DNA of 64,000 nucleotides, from assembly GCA_965203175.1 (NCBI GenBank), contig OZ241867.1, positions 5,408,001 to 5,472,000 on the forward strand, written 5' to 3'. Positions within the stretch are counted from its first letter, which is position 1. Every line of letters begins with the position of its first letter. The notes under the pieces are model-generated. The model ran no database searches, was not told the origin of the DNA, and worked only from the letters and a program-made list of their open reading frames with translations. The position numbers were made by a program, and so were the translations under genes. This document shows positions 47,288 through 57,170 of the stretch, piece after piece. Origin of the DNA: Candidatus Latescibacterota bacterium. Its GTDB lineage: Bacteria; Latescibacterota; UBA2968; UBA8231.

Positions 47288-48499
47288 ATGCCCCCTCACT
47301 ATCCACCCCTCTACCTGCGCCCCAACAGCGAGCGCACCGTGCGCAACGGCCACCCTTGGGTCTTCTCCGGCGCGGTCGAACGCCCTCCCCGGGACGCCGA
47401 CACCGGCGATATCGTCGATGTCTTTGACGCGCACGAGCGCTTCGTCTGTCGCGGGTTCTACAATCGGCGCTCGCTGATCCGCGTGCGCAGTCTCACCCAA
47501 GACCCCCGCCGCCCCATCGACGCAGCCTTCTTCACAGAGCGCATCGCCCAAGCCATCGCCCTCCGCCGCAATGCCGGCCTATCCGCCCACACCAACGCCA
47601 TGCGCCTAGTCCACGGCGAAAGCGACGGCCTACCCGGCCTAATCGCCGACGACTACGCCGGCTACCTAGTGGTGCAATTCCACACCGCTGGCATGGAAAA
47701 ACAACGCCCCGCCATCCTCGACGCGCTCCAATCCCTGCTCGCCCCCCGCAGCCTGTACGAACGCAGCGATGTGGGCACCCGCCGCGCCGAGGGACTAGAC
47801 GACCGGCCCACCGGCCTGCTAGCCGGCGAAGCACCGCCCGAATTCGTCGAAATCGAAGAGCACGGCACGCGCCTCTACGCCGACCTCTATCGCGGCCAGA
47901 AGACCGGCTTTTTCCTCGACCAACGCGCCAACCGCTGCTATCTCCAGCAGCTCGCCCGCGACCAGCGCGTGCTCAACCTCTTCTCCTATTCGAGCGGCTT
48001 CTCCGCCCACGCCCTTAAAGGCGGCGCATCCCGCACCCTCGACGTCGATATATCGCCCCAAGTCGTGCCTGCCGCCCGCCGCACCCTCGCGGCCAACCGC
48101 CCCCAAGGCTCCCACTCCGACCTGTTGATCGCCGATGTCTTTTCCTTTGTGGACGAGCTGGCCGACCGCGGCCCCCGCTACGATATCGTCGTCTGCGACC
48201 CCCCCTCGCTGATGCGCAAACGCAGCCAATACAAACAGGCCATGGGCATCTATACCAAACTCAATCGCAACGCCTTCCGCCTCATAGCCGACGGCGGGCT
48301 GCTGGTGACCGCTTCGTGCTCGTCGCGAATTTCCCAAGAGGACTTCTTTCAAATCGTCCGCCGCGCCGCCGCTGGTGCCCGAGTCCGCACCCGCATCCTC
48401 GCCTACAACCTGCACCCAGCCGACCATCCAATAGACCCAGCCTTCCCCGACGGACGCTATCTTAAGTGCATCTTCGCCCGCGTCCATCGCCCTTCTTGA
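47288..48499 (+). CDS. rlmI: RlmI-family 23S rRNA m5C methyltransferase
   Basis: GHPWVFSG PUA domain, HGESDGLPGL, GQKTGFFLDQR, DPP, ASCS, YLK. Confidence 0.85.
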   Translation: MPPHYPPLYLRPNSERTVRNGHPWVFSGAVERPPRDADTGDIVDVFDAHERFVCRGFYNRRSLIRVRSLTQDPRRPIDAAFFTERIAQAIALRRNAGLSAHTNAMRLVHGESDGLPGLIADDYAGYLVVQFHTAGMEKQRPAILDALQSLLAPRSLYERSDVGTRRAEGLDDRPTGLLAGEAPPEFVEIEEHGTRLYADLYRGQKTGFFLDQRANRCYLQQLARDQRVLNLFSYSSGFSAHALKGGASRTLDVDISPQVVPAARRTLAANRPQGSHSDLLIADVFSFVDELADRGPRYDIVVCDPPSLMRKRSQYKQAMGIYTKLNRNAFRLIADGGLLVTASCSSRISQEDFFQIVRRAAAGARVRTRILAYNLHPADHPIDPAFPDGRYLKCIFARVHRPS

Positions 48500-48589
48500 T
48501 GCTGCCGGGGAGTCGGCACAACTTTAGAACTGAAGTGATCCAAGCCGACTGCGAAAGCGTATATTCCAATGGATGGACTGAGTTAGACC

Positions 48590-50038
48590 GTGCTCCTGCT
48601 CCTTTTGCTCGCTTGGGGCTGTGCCCGCGACGATCCGCTCCTAGTCGAGGGCCGGCAACACTTCCACAATCGAGACTACCAAGCCGCGATTGTGGTTTTG
48701 CAGCAAGCTGTACAACGCCCGTCCCCGTCGCAAGTCGCCTATCGCTATCTAGGACGTTGCTACCTCCAAGTCGGCCAATACGAGCAAGCGCGAGAAACAG
48801 CGCGCGCTGGCCTAGCTCTGGCCCCCAACGACCCCGAACTCTACGACCTGCTCGGCGCTATCGAGATGACCCGCGCATTCGCCGAGGCCCGCTATAGCGA
48901 TACCGATGCCGCCCTGCGAGCCTTCCAACAGGCCATCAAACTCGACTCGCAACGCGCCACCACCCACTACAACCTCGGCCTCGTGTACAGCTACCGCGAC
49001 AGCGCCCACCTCGCCGAGCGCGCGTATCTATCCGCCTTGCAGGTAGATTCCACGCTCGCGCCAGCCCACAAGAAGTTGGGCCTGTATTACCGACGACAAG
49101 GGGCCTTAGACCAAGCCCTCAGTTATCTACAACGCGCCGTGCAGTACGCACCCGAAGACGCCGAAGCACATTTCCACCGCGGCTTACTACTCCGCGCTCA
49201 AGGGCACTACGACCAAGCCGTCGAGGCGCTAGAGCAGGCCGCCGAACTCAATCCTCATTCTCCGCAAGTCCACTTCAATCTGTCGCAACTCTACTTGCGC
49301 ACCGGGCAGCGCGAACAAGGAGAAAAGGCCCTAGCGCGCTCGGAAATCCTCCGCCAGCACCACCGGGGCATCGGCTCGGAACAATCCCCGCCTGCTGGGA
49401 GCGCAGTGACTGTCGGCTCGGCCACGGCCCGCTACAATCTCGCCCTAAACCTCGCCCTACAAGGCCACTACGACCAAGCCATCCTCGAATATCAAAACGC
49501 TCTCGCCATCAATCCCAAACTAAAAGACGCCCACAGCAGCCTCGGCGTCCTATTCACCTATCAGGGCGATTTGGCCGCGGCAGCCGAGAGCTTTCGCCAA
49601 GCTCTTGCCCTCGACGAAGAAGACCCACTCAGTCACACTCGGTTGGGGATGATCCTCCTCAAGCAGCAACGCTATGCGGAGGCTCGGGCCAGCCTGCTGC
49701 GCGCCGCCGCACTCGACTCTAGCCTGCACGAGGCCGCCTACGGACTCGGCTTGGCTGCGGTCCGCACAGGCGATTTGACCGGAGCCGTCGCTCACTTTGC
49801 TGAGGCCTCCCGACTCAACCCTATGAGCGCCGCCGCACAGTTGAACCTCGGGGTGGCATACGCGAAATTGGCCCGATTCGACGAGGCCGCCCGCGCCTAT
49901 GCCCGCGCCGTTGAGTTGGATCCTGCCAATGACCGCGCCCATCTCTACCTCAGCGACGCCTACCAGCAATTGGGGCATCTGCAAAAAAGCCAAGCGCACC
50001 GCGAAAAAGCACGGCGGTTAGCGCGCGAGGTGCCGTAG
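48590..50038 (+). CDS. Tetratricopeptide repeat lipoprotein
   Basis: Lipobox-like LLAWGC followed by many TPR units (e.g. HYNLGLVY, AQLNLGVAY). Confidence 0.88.
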   Translation: MLLLLLLAWGCARDDPLLVEGRQHFHNRDYQAAIVVLQQAVQRPSPSQVAYRYLGRCYLQVGQYEQARETARAGLALAPNDPELYDLLGAIEMTRAFAEARYSDTDAALRAFQQAIKLDSQRATTHYNLGLVYSYRDSAHLAERAYLSALQVDSTLAPAHKKLGLYYRRQGALDQALSYLQRAVQYAPEDAEAHFHRGLLLRAQGHYDQAVEALEQAAELNPHSPQVHFNLSQLYLRTGQREQGEKALARSEILRQHHRGIGSEQSPPAGSAVTVGSATARYNLALNLALQGHYDQAILEYQNALAINPKLKDAHSSLGVLFTYQGDLAAAAESFRQALALDEEDPLSHTRLGMILLKQQRYAEARASLLRAAALDSSLHEAAYGLGLAAVRTGDLTGAVAHFAEASRLNPMSAAAQLNLGVAYAKLARFDEAARAYARAVELDPANDRAHLYLSDAYQQLGHLQKSQAHREKARRLAREVP

Positions 50039-50157
50039 CTCCCGTACCGTGCCAACGCATCCTTCTGCTACCTCGCGGCGGCCTTTCCGTTTCTCATCCG
50101 TCTCACCGCAAATACCAACCGCGGCCAACAGCAACGCCACAGCCTCGTCTCTATCGT

Positions 50158-51801
50158 CTATTGACGCGGCTCAACAACGGTCAGGACCTGGTCGGCAGCA
50201 ATGTCTCTCAGCACCTGAACTATCCCGCTGGGCCAGCGTACTTCGAGCCGATCCACGCGCTCGGCCGGTCCCAAGCCAAAGTGCAGCCGCAGATCGTTGT
50301 GCGACAAATAGCTTCCCCCGCTTTGCACCTCGGCGTGCTGGATCTGTCCGCCGGCATGGATAATAACCCGCGCACCAATCCCGTCGCGATTGCTTACCGT
50401 GCCCTCCGTGCGCACCAGCAGGTAGTGATTGCCGTGGTCGCCGTCGTTGCGCAACAGGGTTGGCGGGCCGTTGAGATTGAGAATAAATAAGTCGATGTCC
50501 CCGTCTCCATCGTAGTCAGCGAAACTCGTCCCGCGGCTGACACGACGCAACGCAAAGCCCGCGCCCGCTGCGGTCGCCACCTCCACCAGCCGTCCGCCCC
50601 TATTCTCAAACAGCGAGTTACCTTGTTGGTAGCTAGAGTTGACTCTCGGCAAGTCGGCCTGCGGGTAGGTGTGGCCGTTGGCCACAAAAAGATCGCGATC
50701 GCCGTCGTTGTCGTAGTCGAAAAAGCCCGTGCCCCACGAGACCAATTCGGCCGGTGCAGCCCCGATCCCCACAGCAAAAGACACATCCGCAAAAAATCCT
50801 CTACCCTCGTTCTTGTAGAGCGCGTTGTACTCGTCGGCAAAATTGGTGACAAAGAGGTCGAATAGGCCGTCGTTGTCGTAATCGCCCCACGCGGCCCCCA
50901 TACACCCCTGCGTCACGCCTTCCCCGCTGTACGCCACCCCGGCCATGAGCGCTTCCTCGGCGAAGCGACCATCCCGGCGATTGCGAAAAAGCAGGTTGGG
51001 CGTGGAATCGTTGGCCACGAACAGGTCGGGCCACCCGTCGGCGTCGTAGTCGCCGAACAGGGCACTCATGCCGTAGAACTTTTCGCCTTCCAGCCCGGCC
51101 TGTTTCGTCCACTCGGAGAACGTCCCGTCGCCGTTGTTGCGGTAAAACACATCCGCCGCCGGCAGCAAGCCCACCGGCCCGCAGTACACCTTCACGTTCT
51201 TCCATAGGCAGGGTATTGGGGATTCGTAGTCGAGGGAGAAATCCACGTAGTTGGCCACGTACAAGTCCACGTCGCCATCGCGGTCGTAATCGCCAAAACT
51301 GGCACCCGTGCCCCACCCCATATCGCCTACGCCGGTTTCCACCGTCACATCGGCAAAACGGCCGGCACCCGCATTGCGATACAGGGTATTGCGGCCAAAG
51401 TTGGTAACGTAGAAATCCGAGTGGCCGTCGTTGTCGTAGTCGGCCACCGCACATCCCATTGACCAACTCGTATCGCCCACGTCAGCGGCGACCGTCACAT
51501 CGGCAAAGTGACCACCGTCGTTGCGATAGAGTTGGTTGGCCGGATGCTCGCCTGCGGCAAAGCTCGCAAAGGAAGAGCCGTTGGCCACGTACAAATCCAC
51601 GTCGCTATCGCGGTCGTAATCGAAAAAGGCCGCACCGCCCATCATCCCCTCGACTATGTAGCTTTGGTCAGTGCCTGAGACATTGCGCTGTGTCAAGCCG
51701 GCCGTCACTGCTTGATCGACAAACTGCGCGGCCAGCGACTCGGTCCACCCACTGGTGATCCCGATGAGGCACCCGACCGCGCACTTGTAGAGAGATTTCA
51801 C
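50158..51801 (-). CDS. CRTAC1 / ASPIC-UnbV family protein with FG-GAP repeats
   Basis: Repeated DYDxDGxxDLxVxN; SNRDGIGARV, GGSYLS, LHFGLG, EVRWPSG. Confidence 0.92.
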   Translation of the reverse strand: MKSLYKCAVGCLIGITSGWTESLAAQFVDQAVTAGLTQRNVSGTDQSYIVEGMMGGAAFFDYDRDSDVDLYVANGSSFASFAAGEHPANQLYRNDGGHFADVTVAADVGDTSWSMGCAVADYDNDGHSDFYVTNFGRNTLYRNAGAGRFADVTVETGVGDMGWGTGASFGDYDRDGDVDLYVANYVDFSLDYESPIPCLWKNVKVYCGPVGLLPAADVFYRNNGDGTFSEWTKQAGLEGEKFYGMSALFGDYDADGWPDLFVANDSTPNLLFRNRRDGRFAEEALMAGVAYSGEGVTQGCMGAAWGDYDNDGLFDLFVTNFADEYNALYKNEGRGFFADVSFAVGIGAAPAELVSWGTGFFDYDNDGDRDLFVANGHTYPQADLPRVNSSYQQGNSLFENRGGRLVEVATAAGAGFALRRVSRGTSFADYDGDGDIDLFILNLNGPPTLLRNDGDHGNHYLLVRTEGTVSNRDGIGARVIIHAGGQIQHAEVQSGGSYLSHNDLRLHFGLGPAERVDRLEVRWPSGIVQVLRDIAADQVLTVVEPRQ

Positions 51802-53462
51802 TCCTCCGCTAACCGCTGCATTTCCGCCACGTTTTCCTCGAATAAGGTGACGGAGTATTTCTGCCGTAAACTGCGGACATAGTGCACATAGCCCCTCTTG
51901 GCTTTGTCGATTTTCACGTAAGCCCGGGCCCGACGCTGGGTATCGGCATCGTAGGGCTCTTTTTCCCGCCCTCGATCTATTACCCTAAACACAGAATACC
52001 CCTTCCCTGTGGGCACTGGGCCACCTACTTCGCCTACCTCCAAATGCTGCGCTGCTTCATAAATGCTCGGATAAAAGGCTTGAGTATAAACGTTGAGACG
52101 CAGATTGCCGCTGTGATGCAGGGCTCCTTCCCGCATAGTATGCTGCACGGCTAGCTGGGTCGCATCCGCTCCCTCCTGGAGTTCTCGCTTAAGGCGATAA
52201 GCAAGGGAATCGCTAGGCACCAAGATCTCGGTCACCACGATCGTTTCGGGCGAGGTAAATTTCTCGGGATGGGCGTCGAAGAACGCCTGAGCTTCCTCAT
52301 CGCTAGCGGTCGTGTGCTGATCCACCTCGCGCTGCCGCAGAAGACTGATGAGCAATTCCTCCCGTTTCCTGCTGAGAAAGTCCAGTAGTTCCGGATCCTG
52401 ATCTAGGCCAAGAACCTTGGCTTCTTGGAGGAAGAGGCGTTCCGGTATGAATATGTTCTGCAGCAGAGCCACGACACGACTGCTGTCTGCCAGCTCCCGT
52501 GGAGCGATGCGAATCTTCTGGGCATCCTGAAGAAAGTCGGCGAGCGCAATCTGTCCCCCTTTGAAGGTGCAGAGAGCTTTTTTGCCCGTAGAATCGGACA
52601 AGCTAGCCCCATCTACAGCGCTCAGCAGCGGAATCCTGTGATACATGATCCTAGGCGCATATTCCTCTCTCAACGAATCGAGCAGAGCCTGGGTCCTAGT
52701 CGCCATTTTCCAAGATATCAACTCTTCCCTTATTCTCTGTTCAGACGACTCCAGCGGCACCGGGACGGCGTCCAGGACTTTAAAAACGACATACCCCTTT
52801 TGGCCTTCGTAGGAAAAAGGCACTGGTTCTGAGGTTTCCCCTATTTCTAGATGGAAAACTTTTTCCGCAATGGTTGGCCTTGTTTGGTCTCTCAGCTTGT
52901 ATTTGCCACTATCCCCGCCGTGCTCTCCGGTGTCTTGATGTAATGAGCGCTCGCGGGCGAGTTGCTGGAAATCGGCTCCTGCTTCGAGCGCTGCGACGAC
53001 CTGCTGAGCTTCCTCCCTAGTCTCGATCATGATTCCACCTAGGCGGAGGGCACGATCCCGGTGCGTGGCGCGATAATGCCTGTGTAGTTCTTCATCGGTA
53101 ACTAGCACCTTGTCAACGATCTGTCTTTTTCTATATAGTTTGAGCAGGCGGGATTTTACCTGTTCGTCCATCCGCTTCTGGAATACGGGATCGCTATCGA
53201 TATTCTGGGCATGTGCTTCCCTGAGCAGGAGTTTCAGGTCTATCAGGGCTTCCAGCAGGTTCCTATCGATTTCTAAGGGAGTCTCACCCACCTGCATACC
53301 GGCAGAAACGCGGGACTTGAACGCCTTAAATTCCGAGGAAGAGATCGTCTCGTTCCCTACTATGGCGAGGATAGACTCGGCCTCCGGCAACGGGCGAGAA
53401 TCGTCGGCGAAGGCGATGGTTACGCTAGCTGCCATGAGAAAGGTCAACAGGTATTTTTGCAT
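51798..53462 (-). CDS. Exported peptidyl-prolyl isomerase/chaperone with two parvulin-like domains
   Basis: Signal peptide from ATG 53462; GADFQQLARERS..GGDSG; second domain GEVGGPVPTGKGYSVFRV. Confidence 0.8.
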   Translation of the reverse strand: MQKYLLTFLMAASVTIAFADDSRPLPEAESILAIVGNETISSSEFKAFKSRVSAGMQVGETPLEIDRNLLEALIDLKLLLREAHAQNIDSDPVFQKRMDEQVKSRLLKLYRKRQIVDKVLVTDEELHRHYRATHRDRALRLGGIMIETREEAQQVVAALEAGADFQQLARERSLHQDTGEHGGDSGKYKLRDQTRPTIAEKVFHLEIGETSEPVPFSYEGQKGYVVFKVLDAVPVPLESSEQRIREELISWKMATRTQALLDSLREEYAPRIMYHRIPLLSAVDGASLSDSTGKKALCTFKGGQIALADFLQDAQKIRIAPRELADSSRVVALLQNIFIPERLFLQEAKVLGLDQDPELLDFLSRKREELLISLLRQREVDQHTTASDEEAQAFFDAHPEKFTSPETIVVTEILVPSDSLAYRLKRELQEGADATQLAVQHTMREGALHHSGNLRLNVYTQAFYPSIYEAAQHLEVGEVGGPVPTGKGYSVFRVIDRGREKEPYDADTQRRARAYVKIDKAKRGYVHYVRSLRQKYSVTLFEENVAEMQRLAEE

Positions 53463-53621
53463 AAGCACTGCTTGGATTCTTTCAGTTTTGCAAAAAATAG
53501 TTTGGTTAAGATTTTCAAATCTATTGATTTTTTTCATGCGATCAAATGCCTATAAAATCTTTGGTGATCCGATGGATAATTGGCTAGGTCAGGAATATAA
53601 AACTCAGTTTTGGAGTCATTC

Positions 53622-54632
53622 ATGATGTTAAAAAACACCAAATTCAACGACAGCGAAATGGCACGCATGGCGTCAATATTGATCAAGTACTACCATTTTC
53701 ACAAAAAACAAAAAGACATAGCTCAAGAGATGGGCATTAGTCCCGGCCTAGTGAACACGATCCTGTCACAAGCAAAAAAGAATGGCTTTGTGCAAAACTT
53801 GATTTCCATGCCCAAAGAGAATGTGTTGGCCGCCCATGTCCAAGAATTGTTCTCTCCAGACATTCCAACCCCTAACGCCATCGTGGTACCCTTTTCGAAA
53901 AATATATCCGAGCGAGAACGCCTGCGGGGAATCGGCGTAGCAGCAGCCCGCTACTTCGAAGCCATTGCTCGCGATGGGATCCATATCACCCTCGATGGGG
54001 GAGAGACGATCTTCTGCATGATAGAGGAACTGCGCCGGGCATTTTTGCAGATCGAGGTGTACAGTGTCGCTGGCGGCCCCCAATACGACCCCTATACTTC
54101 CGTGAACCTGCTAGTCAACTGCCTGCTGGTCCAGTTCGGGGCAACGCGGATGAATCCCCATATTCTGCCAGGCCCCAGAGACAAGGATCTACCTATTTAC
54201 AGGAAGAAGGCCCAGAATACCTTGAAAGCAGCCTCGAAAGCTGACGTTTTCTTTCTCGGTGTTGGCGCTTTGGGCCGCTCCCTTTCTAGGACCAATAGGA
54301 AAAACATGGACGATCTAGGCATAGATTACAAGAAACTACAGGATCGGGGTATCGTCGGCATCAGTGCTTACTCGGCTTTCGATGCCGAAGGAGAGCATAT
54401 TGTCTGCGAACTAGACGAAAAGATCCTCAAGGTCGCACCTGAACAAATTAAAAAAGCGGCCAGAAGCCGGAACAGGCATGTCGTCATCTTAGCCTACGGC
54501 CTCCCTAAGGTCAAGGCTCTGCGCGCCATGTTAAAAGGAGGCTGGGGCAACTGTCTGATCACCGACAGCAGCACGGCCGAAAAGCTTCTCGATAAGAACG
54601 AACATATTTCCAAGCACTTCACTCCTATCTAA
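53622..54632 (+). CDS. SorC/DeoR(LsrR)-family sugar-binding transcriptional regulator
   Basis: YY..KQKDIAQEMGIS..VNTIL..AKKNGFV HTH; GGET, LGVG, LITDSSTAEKLL. Confidence 0.85.
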   Translation: MMLKNTKFNDSEMARMASILIKYYHFHKKQKDIAQEMGISPGLVNTILSQAKKNGFVQNLISMPKENVLAAHVQELFSPDIPTPNAIVVPFSKNISERERLRGIGVAAARYFEAIARDGIHITLDGGETIFCMIEELRRAFLQIEVYSVAGGPQYDPYTSVNLLVNCLLVQFGATRMNPHILPGPRDKDLPIYRKKAQNTLKAASKADVFFLGVGALGRSLSRTNRKNMDDLGIDYKKLQDRGIVGISAYSAFDAEGEHIVCELDEKILKVAPEQIKKAARSRNRHVVILAYGLPKVKALRAMLKGGWGNCLITDSSTAEKLLDKNEHISKHFTPI

Positions 54633-54699
54633 AACCATAGGACCGGCTGGCGGGTTTGGTCCCCACTGTTAAAAACAAACGCTATTGGCAAATGCTTTA

Positions 54700-54790
54700 G
54701 GGGAGATCATTATATTCGATATAAATTTATTCAATTTATTTGAAGTTTTTACTTAATTCTCTTTATATTGTCTAAACATCGATGCTAGGT
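54700..54790 (+). promoter_or_regulatory. Very AT-rich promoter/operator region upstream of the secreted-protein operon
   Basis: ATAAATTTAT palindrome (54721-54730) and repeated AATTTATT in an otherwise GC-rich window. Confidence 0.5.
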
Positions 54791-54855
54791 GGGTTTAATG
54801 CGTCTTCTGAGCCTCTTTTTGGCAGTACATAGGCCCTAGACCCAGGTGGTTTGAG

Positions 54856-57120
54856 GTGTTTGAAAAATCACACTTATCCAGACTAGTCCTAGCAGGACTA
54901 GCCGCGCTCGTCTCGATAGCTAGTCGATGCACGGCGGAAGTTGTCGTCGTGGGTGGCAGTCGAGGATTGGGCTGGGAAAGCGGCGGCGGCAGCATTCCGG
55001 CCACCGTCATCCGAACCGCCCGCACTGTCGAGCGCACCAACGCGCCGGGCGGCGTCATCGACTTTGCCCCCCAAGACAGGCCCAACTGGATCTTTCCGCA
55101 ACGCGCCGATATCACAGCCAATATCGCCGTGGGGGCCAACAGCGAAGAGCGAGGCGGCAGCATCCTCTCCCTCAACTCCTCCCGCGGAGCCGAGTTCGCC
55201 AAAATGATCGATGACGACGGAACTACGGCTTTGGATATGCGCCAAGCTTCTCCCTTACTGGGCGTTATCATCGATCTCGACCTAGGATCTCGCTTCGGAA
55301 TCAACCGCTTCAAATTCTTCCCGCGCAACGCCGACCCCGACTATCCGGCTCCCGATTTTCCCTTTCAGAACAATTTTATCCGGGGTTTCGAACTCTTCGT
55401 CAACGACGGCACTCCGCAGGCTCAGCTAGAAGGGGTGCCGATCTTTGAGACCGTGATCCTCCAGACTCAGAACGACAACGCGGTGGTGGACATCAGCATA
55501 GAGCCACAGTACGTCCGCTTTATCCGTCTGAAGTCTCTGACTACGGTCGGTTTTGAAATCGCCGAATTTCAGGTCTTCGGCACCGGATTCGTACCCGAAG
55601 CTCGCTACGTTTCGAATGTATTCGATTTTGGCGACCTCGCGCTGGTGGGCAAGCTGCGCTGGCTGGAGGAGAAGGAGGGAGACACAGAGCGGTCTAAAGT
55701 GGAGATCCGTACGCGTTCGGGGTTGGACCCGCAGCCTATCGAGTTCAACAAAATTCGTCCCGGCGAGCGCCTCTTCCGAGTAGGCGGCGGCACGGGCACC
55801 GATACCGGGATCATTAGCAGCGTGTACCGGGGAGGCATCAACACCTCCGAGGTAGAGGTACCGTGGAAACAGGCTAAAGATGTAGAGGACGAAGAACTCA
55901 AAACGCTGATCGAGACCGTCTTAGACAACGACGCAATCGACGCGCGGGAAGCCTTTCGAGTCTTCAAGGAGCTACCCTTGGAAAAGCAGGCCTTGATCGT
56001 TATAGATCAGGGAGATTACACCAGACTGAGCAATGACGACAAAGGCGGCATTCGCGATGACCTGACCAACTGGAGCGATTGGTCCCCCCCCCAAGCGCGT
56101 GCCGGGGTCGTTGCCAGCGAAGAGGAACTAGAGGACACCGGTCTGGGCGTCCAGGTCTTCTCACTCGTGCCCCGGCGCTATTTCCAGTTCTCCATCGACT
56201 TTTTCAGTGACGATTTCAGTGCCTCTACGGGCGTTGGCGGTCTGGCTTTCGAAGTGTTATCACCCCCCTTTGCTGCGGAACTGATCGCCGAGATCGCGCC
56301 GCGCACGGCCATTTTAGGGCAGAGGACTGACTTTATATACGCCGTGCGGAATCGCTCTAGGCCTGGACAGGACCGGGGTTTTGATCGCTTCGAAATCGAT
56401 ACGCCGGTGCGGGTTGAATCAATTGGACGGATCGAAATAGAGCAAGTAGATGGTACCGTGCAGGAAGCCGACTTCTCAACCGTTTCTTTAGATGCACTGC
56501 CCCTATCCCAGAACGGTTTCAGCGTTCTAGAGGTGCGCGAGGACGGTTTCGTCATTGCCTTTAACCCCATCGTCGAGGACGGCGTGCTGCTTAAAGTGGC
56601 GTTCGCGGGAACCGTCCTGCGCTTTGGTACAACTTTTACCGGCCGGGCCCGACACAGCCAAGCGAATTCGACCATCGGCCAAGGGGTCATTGCGGGCAAC
56701 GCGGCAGATTTGAGTCCGCTGGGTTTTGCCGATATCGATCAGCAACCAGTGGGCACTCCAGTGGCCCGCAACCTCTCCGTAGCCGGCCCCCTCGTCGGAG
56801 ATTTGCTCATAAATGTGAGAGCCAAGCCGGCTGTCTTTACCCCCAACGAGGATGACCTCAACGACCGGACATTTATCCAATACGATATTACTAGCCTACG
56901 GCGACTCTCGCCGGTAGCAGTGCGCATCTTCGACCTAGCCGGCCGTCTGGTCAGAAATCTTTACCAAGATCAGGACCTCAGCGGCCGCTTTACCCGCTCT
57001 TGGGACGGGAGAGACGAGCAAGGCAATCTCGTGCCGCCGGGGCACTACGTGTTTAGCGTTTCTCTGACCGCTGGGACGGGGAAAGTAGAAGAAGCAGGCT
57101 TGGTTGGTGTGGTCTATTAG
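54856..57120 (+). CDS. Secreted protein with discoidin/galactose-binding-like domain and C-terminal FlgD-Ig/T9SS-like sorting domain
   Basis: Signal peptide; IIDLDLG..FFPR, VRFIRL..EIAEFQVFG; C-terminal FTPNEDDLND..IFDLAGRLVR..WDGRDEQGNLVPPGHY. Confidence 0.75.
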   Translation: MFEKSHLSRLVLAGLAALVSIASRCTAEVVVVGGSRGLGWESGGGSIPATVIRTARTVERTNAPGGVIDFAPQDRPNWIFPQRADITANIAVGANSEERGGSILSLNSSRGAEFAKMIDDDGTTALDMRQASPLLGVIIDLDLGSRFGINRFKFFPRNADPDYPAPDFPFQNNFIRGFELFVNDGTPQAQLEGVPIFETVILQTQNDNAVVDISIEPQYVRFIRLKSLTTVGFEIAEFQVFGTGFVPEARYVSNVFDFGDLALVGKLRWLEEKEGDTERSKVEIRTRSGLDPQPIEFNKIRPGERLFRVGGGTGTDTGIISSVYRGGINTSEVEVPWKQAKDVEDEELKTLIETVLDNDAIDAREAFRVFKELPLEKQALIVIDQGDYTRLSNDDKGGIRDDLTNWSDWSPPQARAGVVASEEELEDTGLGVQVFSLVPRRYFQFSIDFFSDDFSASTGVGGLAFEVLSPPFAAELIAEIAPRTAILGQRTDFIYAVRNRSRPGQDRGFDRFEIDTPVRVESIGRIEIEQVDGTVQEADFSTVSLDALPLSQNGFSVLEVREDGFVIAFNPIVEDGVLLKVAFAGTVLRFGTTFTGRARHSQANSTIGQGVIAGNAADLSPLGFADIDQQPVGTPVARNLSVAGPLVGDLLINVRAKPAVFTPNEDDLNDRTFIQYDITSLRRLSPVAVRIFDLAGRLVRNLYQDQDLSGRFTRSWDGRDEQGNLVPPGHYVFSVSLTAGTGKVEEAGLVGVVY

Positions 57121-57170
57121 GTTTGGTCTAGACGCGACAGAAACTTCAATCCAGGAGAGAAAGACTTAAA

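Noticed and set aside
50400-51650. Short recurring DNA repeats (GTCGTAGTCG, TTGGCCACGTACAA) as a CRISPR or repeat array
   Set aside because: They encode the FG-GAP repeats of the CRTAC1 protein; spacing is irregular and there are no cas genes.
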